Shown here in pieces: positions 10,561 to 21,083 of a DNA stretch of 64,000 nt. This DNA comes from Macrostomum lignano (Eukaryota), in NCBI GenBank assembly GCA_002269645.1, contig NIVC01003684.1, positions 1-64,000 of the forward strand, read 5' to 3'. Numbering within the stretch: position 1 is the stretch's first letter; each line of letters starts with the position of its first letter. Made by a program: the position numbers and the translations under genes. The notes beneath the pieces are model-generated. The model saw only the letters and a list, made by a program, of their open reading frames with translations, did no database searches and had not been told where the DNA came from.

Positions 10561-11271
10561 TCACACTGCAAACTCGTTGCCGACCTCGCAGACAGGCGGC
10601 GGCCGCTGAATCGTATTGGCGCGGACCAGCGCCGGCCCCGGCTCCCGGATGGTCACCCGCTTGACAGCGGCGCCAGGCTTCTTCGCCTGCGGCGGAGCGT
10701 ACAGGTGCGCCTGGAAGACCTCCTTGGGCGGTGGAGGTGGCGGCGAAGGCGGAGCCGAAGGCTGCGGTCTCGGCGGCAGCGGCGTCGTCAGATCTCGCAG
10801 CCGGCGCCGCTCCTCCAGGCACTCGATCCAGCCAAGCCGGAACTTCCTGTCCAGATGGGCGGCCTCGTTGTGCGCCGAGAACGCGTCACGACGCCGGCGT
10901 CGGGCAAGGCGCTGCAGCTTCTCGGCACCCCCGTCGTCTGCTAGGAGACGCACCGCGGCAGCCGAGTGGGTCTGCTGACTGTGGCCGCAGCGCCAGGCCG
11001 GTGGGTACACCGAGCCGGGCGAATAGTTGGAGTTGAACTGCTGGCTCAGCTGCCTGTAGCCGCTGCTCAGCTGGTCTGGCGAGGCTGCTGGCGATGAGGC
11101 TCCGGATGCTGAGGCCACCGCCGCCGCCACCGGCGCTTGTCGAGTTTGCGTCAACGTCGAGCCCAACAGCAGCAGCTGACGGCAGCGGGCGCGGCCGCCA
11201 AACTTTGCCTGAATGTTCAACGGCAAGCGGCTCAACAGAGCCTCAGATTGAGCCGCTGCATCAGCTGACAT
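10561..11271 (-). CDS. Uncharacterised Pro/Ala-rich protein, 236 aa, probably a real exon
   Basis: Long GC-rich ORF in AT-rich surroundings; predicted helical core RDAFSAHNEAAHLDRKFRLGWIECLEERRRLR followed by a polyproline tract. Confidence 0.55.
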   Translation of the reverse strand: MSADAAAQSEALLSRLPLNIQAKFGGRARCRQLLLLGSTLTQTRQAPVAAAVASASGASSPAASPDQLSSGYRQLSQQFNSNYSPGSVYPPAWRCGHSQQTHSAAAVRLLADDGGAEKLQRLARRRRRDAFSAHNEAAHLDRKFRLGWIECLEERRRLRDLTTPLPPRPQPSAPPSPPPPPPKEVFQAHLYAPPQAKKPGAAVKRVTIREPGPALVRANTIQRPPPVCEVGNEFAV

Positions 11272-11597
11272 GTCGCTCTACCTGCTCAGAACGGCAAGCT
11301 GCTGACGTGACAACACTGCGGCACTGCACAGTGCGATGTTTATTTATTCATTTATTAATGCATTCAATCCATGCACTCATTCCGTATGCATGGGCTGCTT
11401 GTATTAGTTCGCGCGTACCTGTGTTATTAATATTTTAACTGGCGTCCGTCGCTATGGATTGTCAATAGACAGAAGGTTCCTGCCTGATTTTGATTGCCAG
11501 AGCTGTCTTATTTACAGTATGCTGGTACATTATTTACCGCTAATGTAACAAGTATATTATGTATTTATTGATTTACATGTACATGTATAGGAGGAAT

Positions 11598-11701
11598 GAT
11601 CTATCTATTTATCTATCTACCTATCTGTCTATCTATCTGTCTGTCTATCTATCTGTCTGTCTATCTATCTGTCTATCTATCTATCTATCTATCTATCTGT
11701 C

Positions 11702-11770
<69 letters not shown>

Positions 11771-11771
11771 G

Positions 11772-11868
<97 letters not shown>
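11598..11868. repeat. (TATC)n/(TGTC) microsatellite
   Basis: Direct inspection. Confidence 0.98.
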
Positions 11869-11869
<1 letters not shown>

Positions 11870-12644
11870 ACTTCACACATCAACATGGTATAATAAAGCC
11901 ACTTTATAATGTTGCAACTTTAATCAGCTTGAGTAGTAAAATCATTAATTAGTAATAATAGCAACTATTACAACACATCAGGAGACAATATTATATTTTG
12001 CATAGCAGGCATGATTTGAAATCTTTAATAAACTGTTGAATTAGCAATCAATCAAAGCGTTACATATTTTAGCACAAATATAGCATTAATACGATTCCAG
12101 AACTATTTCAAGTAGACAATAACAATTAACAGTCGATACTGCGGAATTCTTGATAAATTGATCGCATAAAACAGCAACAGGAAGGGACAAAAGATAATCA
12201 AAGTGAAAGGCATGTGAAAAAATCCACTTCTCATAGCAGAAATCTACAGCGCCCGGTTAGTCTGTATTTACAGCATGCCAGAGTACTTTTCTATTTCGTG
12301 TGTTCGAAAATTTAAACGTTTTTTTAAAAAGTTCGAATGATAAACTTCAAATTTACAGCATTTTTTTACAATAACTGATATTCATTAGCGCCATATTCAG
12401 GTTATTCTACTCTATTGGCTTAGCACAAGTAGTATTTTTTATAACAGAAACAGAAACTCTGACAGTCTGACAGAAAAAAACAGGAAAATTTGGAAGGCGG
12501 ATCAAAAATATTGATGATGATGAGATTCTGGGTTGGAGCCAAGTTGTCTGGTTAATCAGGATTCTTTATCTTAGTTTGAGCAGCTCGGAGTCTGCAGTGA
12601 TTTTTGCTTTTTTAGATTTAAATTCTTAATATACCATAGAGGAT

Positions 12645-13790
12645 ATCCTACAGTCTATAGATTATCCCTACACTATAGATGATTCCCTACATTCTATAGA
12701 TGATTCCCTACATTCTATAGATGATTCCCTACACTATAGATGATTCCCTACATTCTATAGATGATCCCTACACTATAGATGATTCCCTACATTCTATAGA
12801 TGATTCCCTACATTCTATAGATGATTCCCTACATTCTATAGATGATTCCCTACACTATAGATGATTCCCTACATTCTATAGATGATTCCCTACACTATAG
12901 ATGATCCCTACACTATAGATGATTCCCTACATTCTATAGATGATTCCCTACACTATAGATGATTCCCTACACTATAGATGATCCCTACACTATAGATGAT
13001 TCCCTACATTCTATAGATGATTCCCTACACTATAGATGATTCCCTACATTCTATAAATGATTCCCTACATTCTATAGATGATTCCCTACACTATAGATGA
13101 TTCCCTACATTCTATAGATGATCCCTACACTATAGATGATTCCCTACATTCTATAGATGATTCCCTACACTATAGATGATTCCCTACATTCTATAGATGA
13201 TTCCCTACACTATAGATGATTCCCTACATTCTATAGATGATCCCTACACTATAGATGATTCCCTACATTCTATAGATGATTCCCTACACTATAGATGATT
13301 CCCTACATTCTATAGATGATTCCCTACATTCTATAGATGATTCCCTACACTATAGATGATTCCCTACATTCTATAGATGATTCCCTACACTATAGATTAT
13401 TCCCTACACTATAGATGATCCCTACACTATAGATGATTCCCTACATTCTATAGATGATTCCCTACACTATAGATTATTCCCTACACTATAGATTATTCCC
13501 TACATTCTATAGATGATTCCCTACATTCTATAGATGATTCCCTACATTCTATAGATGATTCCCTACACTATAGATTATTCCCTACACTATAGATGATTCC
13601 CTACACTATAGATGATTCCCTACATTCTATAGATTATTCCCTACACTCTTTAGATGATTCTCTTCATTCTACAGATGATTCTCTACACTCTAAAGACGTT
13701 TCCCTACATTCTATAGATTCCCTACATTTTATAGACAATTCCCTACACTCTATAGATGACTCCCTACTCTATAGATTATTCCCTACATTC
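12645..13790. repeat. Minisatellite of interleaved 21-, 19- and 18-bp units (TAGATGATTCCCTACATTCTA / TAGATGATTCCCTACACTA)
   Basis: Direct inspection. Confidence 0.97.
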
Positions 13791-13815
13791 TATAGACAAT
13801 TACTTCGAATCTATA

Positions 13816-14262
13816 CCCAATTAAAACGGTACCTCAGGCCAAGAAGCGTCCCAGAGTCACCTGCGTCACGCCATAGTCGTTTCAGATAACAGGTAAAATA
13901 AGAAAGAAGTGACTCTACTCGACTCTAAAACGACAAGATTTCACGGTACAAGTAGTCAAAGAGTCGCCTGAAAGTCAATCTGAGGCATTTTATTGCCTGC
14001 GACTCCGAAACGACTCTGGGGCGGTGGAGTCGCTGTAAAATAACAAGCAGAGTTTCGTCTAAAGCGAATCTGCGTTACTTTATGAATTAAAATCGTATTT
14101 TGTATTTATAACAACACTCTATTTAGTCTACTTGAGTTAGTAGAAAGTAAAGCGTTAATACAGCGACTTTGGACGACTTTTTCGCGACTCAACAGTCGCC
14201 TCTCCGCCTCTTGTTTGTAATGACTCCTTAGCGATTATTGTAACTGTAACGTTTTCAACGGG
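13816..14262. mobile_element. Putative MITE: TA-flanked, imperfect 17-bp TIRs, about 10 internal GAGTC/GACTC motifs
   Basis: CCCAATTAAAACGGTAC versus the reverse complement of the right end, CCCGTTGAAAACGTTAC (13/17); TA on both sides. Confidence 0.45.
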
Positions 14263-14462
14263 TACAGTTGATGCAATCGAGTGTATCGATAATTTCTTTA
14301 GATTCTATAGACGATTACTTCAATCCTAAAACAGGATTTCTTCCAAATAAATATAAAACTCTTGGATAAAGGATTCTTCAGCACACAGTCTAGCAGACAT
14401 TAGCTAATGAACAGAGTCAGCAGCCAGCATACATAGTTATGTCTATACACAGCTTCCCCAGC

Positions 14463-15374
14463 TCAGGCCATCTCGCCAGTCCGTCTCAGCAGAGTCACCT
14501 GGTCCTGAATCTGGCCAGCAAGCACCCGGGACAGAAATATAGCTGTCAGCTGCACTACAGACACTCCGATAGCCACCCCGGCCACTGGCAGTACATTCTT
14601 TTCAACGTATTTCCTAGTGGCAGCCACACAGCCGATAGTCCAGATTCGGTCGTCTGGCTGTTCAGTCTGCGCCATGACATTATAGCCGCACATTGTGTTA
14701 ATCACTCGATCGTCAATGTCGTTCATCTTTTTGCAGCAGGAGAACGGCACCCCGCAGCGCTCCGGGCTGGTGTTATTTGATGTACAGGCGAAGTACTTGT
14801 TCTCGCTCCAATCTTTATATGAGGCCGCACCGCAGCAGGCCAGGTTTTTGTGATACCAATCTATGAAATTCTGCGTGTCCTCATAGCGCTCCTCTCTGTA
14901 CATAGTGATCATATTGGTCTTGAGCACTGTCTCCATGTACTCAATAGCCCGTTCTTTCAACGCGAACACGGCTATAGCGGCCGAGCATTCAATTAGGAAT
15001 ATGACAAACAAGGACAGGGCAAAGAATTTCAACAGGCAGACATTGTCGCGAAGCGAGCCCAGACAACCGGCGAAGGTCAGCAAGAAAACGATTGCGCCGA
15101 ACGCAATAAATACCAGGGTTGCATCGAACAGCACGCTGAACACGTCTTGAACTCCGCCATTGTCGGAGGCGAATGCGTCCTTCTTCATCGCGGTGGCGAT
15201 AATGCCGATAGCTAGGATGCCAGTGCCCGCCAGCCAGAATATGAAGTTGAAAAAGAACAGCGCGTACTTTATACAAGGATTGACAAAATTTGTGCGACGG
15301 CCAGCTGGTCGAAGTCCCGCTGCGGAGGAGGACGCGGCTGCGCCAGCGCTGCGACGATTCGACTTGCCAGCCAT
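14463..15374 (-). CDS. Tetraspanin of the TspanC8 subfamily (TSPAN5/14/17/33-like), 303 aa, intronless CDS
   Basis: Four hydrophobic segments; CIKY..FFFNFIFWL, GCLGSLRDNVCLL, CCG, PFSCC; eight cysteines in the large extracellular loop. Confidence 0.95.
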   Translation of the reverse strand: MAGKSNRRSAGAAASSSAAGLRPAGRRTNFVNPCIKYALFFFNFIFWLAGTGILAIGIIATAMKKDAFASDNGGVQDVFSVLFDATLVFIAFGAIVFLLTFAGCLGSLRDNVCLLKFFALSLFVIFLIECSAAIAVFALKERAIEYMETVLKTNMITMYREERYEDTQNFIDWYHKNLACCGAASYKDWSENKYFACTSNNTSPERCGVPFSCCKKMNDIDDRVINTMCGYNVMAQTEQPDDRIWTIGCVAATRKYVEKNVLPVAGVAIGVSVVQLTAIFLSRVLAGQIQDQVTLLRRTGEMA

Positions 15375-15447
15375 TGGGTGGTGCCTGTCGTTGCTGTCAG
15401 CTGTTGGCGATGCCGCTGGTCGTGCTATGCAATGGGATATGGGATCA

Positions 15448-16870
15448 GAGTGAGTCTATGACCTGCTGAGTGAGTCTATAACCTGCTGAGTGAGTCTATG
15501 ACCTGCTGAGTGAGTCTATGACCTGCTGAGTGAGTCTGTGACCTGCTAAGTGAGTCTGTGACCTGCTGAGTGAGTCTATGACCTGCTGAGTGAGTCTATG
15601 ACCTGCTGAGTGAGTCTATGACCTGCTGAGTGAGTCTATGACCTGCTGAGTGAGTCTGTGACCTGCTGACTGAGTCTGTGACCTGCTGAGTGAGTCTGTG
15701 ACCTGTTGAGTGAGTCTGTGACCTGCTGAGTGAGTCTGTCACCTGCTGAGTGAGTCTGTGACCTGGTGAGTGAGTCTGTGACCTGCTAAGTGAGTCTGTG
15801 ACCTGCTGAGTGAGTCTATAATCTGCTGAGTGAGTCTGTGACCTGCTGAGTGAGTCTGTGACCTGCTGAGTGAGTCTATAACCTGCTGAGTGAGTCTGTG
15901 ACCTGCTGACTGAGTCTGTGACCTGCTGAGTGAGTCTGTGACCTGTTGAGTGAGTCTGTGACCTGCTGAGTGAGTCTGTCACCTGCTAAGTGAGTCTGTG
16001 ACCTGGTGAGTGAGTCTGTGACCTGCTAAGTGAGTCTGTGACCTGCTGAGTGAGTCTATGACCTGCTGAGTGAGTCTATGACCTGCTGAGTGAGTCTGTG
16101 ACCTGCTGAGTAAGTCTGTGACCTGTTGAGTGAGTCTGTGACCTGCTGAGTAAGTCTGTGACCTGCTAAGTGAGTCTGTGACCTGCTGAGTAAGTCTGTG
16201 ACCTGCTAAGTGAGTCTGTGACCTGCTGAGTGAGTCTATGACCTGCTGAGTGAGTCTATGACCTGCTGAGTGAGTCTATGACCTGCTGAGTGAGTCTGTG
16301 ACCTGCTGAGTGAGTCTATGACCTGCTGAGTGAGTCTATGACCTACTGAGTGAGTCTGTGACCTGCTGAGTGAGTCTGTGACCTGCTGAGTGAGTCTATG
16401 ACCTGCTGACTGAGTCTGTGACCTGCTGGGTGAGCCTATGACCTTCTGAGTGAGATTACGAACTGCTGAGTGAGTCTTTAAACTGCTGGGTGAGCCTATG
16501 ACCTGCTGAGTGAGTCTGTGACCTGCTAAGTGAGTCTTTAAACTGCTGGTTGAGCCTATGACCTGCTGAGTGAGATTACGAACTGCTGAGTGAGTCTGTG
16601 ATCTGCTGAGTCAGTCTGTGACCTGCTGACTGAGTCTATGAACTGCTGAGTGAGTCTATGACCTGCTGAGTGAGTCTGTGACCTGCTGAGTAAGTCTGTG
16701 ACCTGGTGAGTGAGTCTGTGACCTGGTGAGTGAGTCTTTAAACTGCTGGGTGAGCCTATGACCTGCTGAGTCAGTCTGTGACCGAATGAGCTGATGAGTG
16801 ATTGTGTGAATGATGAGTGAGTCTATGACTTGCAGCGTGAGTCTATGACCTGTTGAGTGAGTCTATGAAC
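15448..16870. repeat. 20-bp minisatellite GAGTGAGTCTGTGACCTGCT, about 65 copies, just upstream of the tetraspanin
   Basis: Exactly three units per 60-nt line. Confidence 0.98.
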
Positions 16871-17346
16871 TTGAGTGTGCCTAATCTTCAATCAATCTAT
16901 CCAACAGACATTTCCAACGTTAAAAAACCTAAGCAAGTTTGTTTTCAAAGATAAAAAACTAATAAAAATGGTACCTTAGAATACAGCAAGCAACGATTGA
17001 TTGATTATATTTGTTGCAAACAAAGGGATTAAAGTATTACACTTAACAAAACCCTCTTTAACTTTTCTAATAAGCATATACAATTATACTCATCTTAAAA
17101 CATTCAGTACAGCATATCAGAATGCACAAAAGACATGTGCGCAGAACATACAGGTACTAGTAGGTACAAAGTTTTCTGAATGCCCTTGATGTGAGAAAGA
17201 CAAAAAAATAGATTAAATCATCATTCAAACCACTGTTGTATAGACGCCGGACACAGATGGAGATTGCTCAAAATATAAGGGAGAACACATTACAATGGCC
17301 TTAGTAATTAAAAATCTAAACGGTTTTTTAAACAATTCTCAACGAA

Positions 17347-17367
17347 CCGGTTGCTAATGGCAACCGG
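17347..17367. promoter_or_regulatory. Candidate RFX X-box palindrome CCGGTTGC-TAATG-GCAACCGG
   Basis: Core GTTGCTAATGGCAAC fits GTNRCC-N(0-3)-RGYAAC with one mismatch; 8-bp perfect arms; lies upstream of the tetraspanin. Confidence 0.4.
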
Positions 17368-17689
17368 GCCTCCAAAAACGATTTTTTATTAACTATTCAA
17401 CATTTGGCACCATCATCTGCTTAGCTGAAACTATCAAGCACGGTGTACATACTAACTGTTAGTAGGCAGCAGTGGAACATAGGAAAATTATATGCTGTTG
17501 CTTCACATCAGACTACTATAGTGAGTAGAAAGTGTCGATTTTCTAAGAATTTTACTAAAAAAAGCTTTTTGCACTCTTTTCTTCAAATTTGTTGCCTCGA
17601 TCAGTACTTTCTACTGTTATCAGTAGGCAGATTCAGGACAATAGGTTTTTAAATATTTTCCAGTCTCAAAATGGATACAATCGGTCCAT

Positions 17690-18477
17690 CTAGGCCTGGT
17701 CGACGCACCGATCTCGGGCCACTTGAATCAGCGGCCAGATCAGCCTATCAACAATTGAGCCAACGTTGCAAGCATAAGCGCAGGCGGGGGCCAATTCAAC
17801 AACGCTATCGCTGCTATTAGACGATGAAGCTGTTGCTTTCTGATTACTTTTGGGTTGCTGCTGCTGCTCAAACTCTCGCTGCTCCTCTTCGAACAGCAGG
17901 CGAGGCAGCGCCACCACGCCTGCGGCATTCTCGGCAGCGGACACGGCGGTGGCGGCGGCGGCATCCGGAGAGGTGGCGCAGTGCGGCGGCCGGACTCGCA
18001 TAGGTATGTAGGCGCACGAGCCGCGGACATTTTGAAAGCACAGGGCCTGGCAACGCTGGCCCCGTTCATGACCGCTATAGACGGCGAATATTAATCCTAC
18101 AAATGATTCGGCCAGCTGCTGATAGCTCAGCTGAGTAGCCAGATCTACATGGCTGGGCAGGGCTGTGATGTGCGGATGGCTGTGGTACCAGCCAACTACA
18201 CGGACAGTGCGGCCCAGCTGCGCTGTGAGCTCATCGGCCCGCTGGGTGGCCGCAACCAGCTGGTCTGGCTCAATCTCAACTCGATCTTTGCGCTTGTCAA
18301 CTCGCAGCAGCGGCAAAAAGGCCAGGATTTCCAAATTGACGCCACCAACAGCATCGCCAGCCGTTGATTGCAGCTCTTCGCCAAGGCAGAGGCCCATGAT
18401 CTCTTCATTCTCGGTGACCATGGCGTGAGTCAGGCAGCCCCAATAGGCCACCCAGTCAAGGGACACCCAGTCTACCA
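17690..18477 (-). CDS. BRCC3: BRCC36/BRCC3 K63-specific JAMM/MPN+ deubiquitinase; single large exon whose 5' end starts at a splice acceptor
   Basis: CLTHAMVTENEEIMGLCLG, DKRKDRVEI, VVGWYHSHPHITALPSHVDLATQ (intact JAMM motif), FVGLIF. AG acceptor at 18479-18478; candidate AATAAA at about 17385-17390. Confidence 0.92.
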
Positions 18478-20000
18478 CTGGTAGGTGAGACAGCAGAGTT
18501 TTGAAAGATTTTTCACTTACTAGCCAGTTATCTGGGTGATTTTCAAATTCATAAATATCAATTCTTTTAGAAAAGAAGTATAGCCATACTCATATTTACA
18601 AAAACTTAAAAAAAAACTCTGAGAATACCATAGACTTATTAAATAACAGTATACTTAACTGCTAGATTACTTTTATAATGCTATAATTCAACTTTTAATC
18701 AAGTCACAACTTATATCATATTTAGCATTGATTTATATTATAATCCTTTTAGACCCTAATGAGAACTTTAATAAATTAATACCAATTGGCTTATACTTAC
18801 GTATTTCATAGCATATAAATTCATTAAAAAGCACCACTATAAAAGCTTTCTAGCTAGGAAAAATCCATCTAGGATATTTATATCATATACTAAAATTTTC
18901 ATGAAGTCTATTTCTTTAAAGATGTCCTACATAGGTAGAACTTCAAAAAATGAAAAAAATATTTTTCAAAAACAAATTCAAATATAGGCATTAGAATTTG
19001 ACTTTTTAATATTTTCTTAAATTATTCTCTATTTATCTAGTGATCACGAGTGGCTTTACTTGTAGCTTGCCTTCAGTGTTGGGTGTGTTACTCATTACTA
19101 AAGTGATTGTACCAGGGCTTTTACCTCCTACTTTATCAATTTTAATCCCACTAAATGCCACCAAAGTTGTCGCAGGGGTTATTCTTCTGTCTCTATAAAT
19201 GTCTTAATGTTGGTAGCTGCCACCAGGATTATCCTATTAATAAATTATGAGTTTATCAATCTTAGAACAATCTGAGAAATTTTTCTTAGAATTGATCTGA
19301 GTATATATCTTAGTATTTAGTCTGAGTATTTAGTCTAAGTATTTAGTCTGAGTACTTAGTCTGAGTATTATTCTTAGAAAACTATTAGCCCTTAAAGATT
19401 TTATTCCTCTGTTATTCTGGTAGCGTTCTGTTATTCTGGTAGCGTTCTATTTAATGATTTGGCCCGAGCGGTATTTTGGCTTACTGGTATATGTATTTCA
19501 TGTACTTTGCAAGTCCTTGGGCATTACCGAGATCAGAGGGTCACAGCCTCCAGTTATTCTTACACTTATTACTTCGGAACTACTTTGTATTTCTTACTAC
19601 TCAATGCTGCTACTTCTCAATAGTATATACTATATACGCTTCAGTCTATTTGGCTCTTATGTCTGCAAATGAATGACTCGGAAAACGGCTCCTCTTATAT
19701 TTATTCGTAACACTCCTTTCTTTATATGCTTACTCCTTTCATAGGAACTGCACGAAGGCAAGTTGCTCTCTCTTTGGCTTGGATCATGTCTATTTATACT
19801 AAATTATTTCATAGTTTTAAACAAAAATTAATTCGCGAAAATATTCTGGAAAATACATACAGTATAACAAATTGTTTGCTTAGTATTTTGGCACGAATTT
19901 AAAAGTATCGAATTGTAAAATTATAGATCACCCTGCACATGATAAAAGTTGTTACTTTTTTGGTAATGGCACTTTTTGCATTACTTTTTCTGGGTAACAA

Positions 20001-21083
20001 GGGCCATTCCATATAATTATGGTCATAACATGACAGACTATTTTTACTTATAAAATGAAATCTAATAATAGAATACACTAAGCCAATATTTTGAATGAAA
20101 GATTATTTTGTCAAGAATATGTTTATAAAGTTTTATATAGATATCAGCATTAGTATAGATGCTATTAAACCTTGAATGGCACTTATGGTCATATATGCGC
20201 AACAGTCGGCCGAGTCGGTCGATCCGGCTGACCGATTTGGAAGTCGCAAAAATGCCCACCCGAAAAAACACAAAGTAGTAGTACTAAGTAGCTGACGAGG
20301 CATTTTGGCTTTATAATACAGTCATAGTTACTCCTGCTATTTACCAAAAGTTGCGTTAATTTTGCTTTTGGGTTTTTTACATGTAAGTTGCATTTTTGGC
20401 CAAAAACTATGTCGCATTTTTGTTAAAACTAAGTCACACGGCTGACCAAATTTTGGAGTTGCGCATGTATGCTTATGGTCGTAACAACAGGATTTTTGAC
20501 ATATTGAAACTAAAAGGTAAAAGTCTTATAACATTTTTCATTTTTGATATTTTGCAATATTTTTTTAAATTAGACTAAGAACAACTTTAGAAGTCATACT
20601 CTTTTATTAGAATATATAAACTCAAAAAGGCAACAAAGATACAAAAGAAAAGGCAGCCTTATGGTTGTAACATTATGGTCTAAACATATTTTTTCTGTCA
20701 ATTCAGTAACTTTGAGGTACTAATATATTAAAAATATAATAGATTATATGGTTGCTAATGTTTTCATCTGATGATGCAAGTACTATAATTTTATATATAG
20801 TTTGTTTTAACCTTCTAAAGCCTTCTATTTGTTTTTAAAAGGTACATAAACTTAATGATGTCTTTTGCTTAGAAAATTTCCAATTTTTTAATTTTTACAA
20901 AAATAACTTTTTGCCAATTGATAACATACTAATCCAACATTTTATCATTTATTTATTCTTAGATTGTATACATTACATACAAAAAAAGATTTGGTAAAAA
21001 AACTTGGCTGATAAGGCAATGACAAGCAAAAATATTGACTTTTTTCTATTTTCCAAATATGTCCATCTTATATGGAATGGGCC
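20001..21083. mobile_element. Old non-autonomous DNA element with 15-bp TIRs and repeated TTATGGTCRTAAC motifs
   Basis: GGGCCATTCCATATA versus right end TATATGGAATGGGCC (14/15); five copies of the internal motif; no TSD recognised. Confidence 0.5.
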
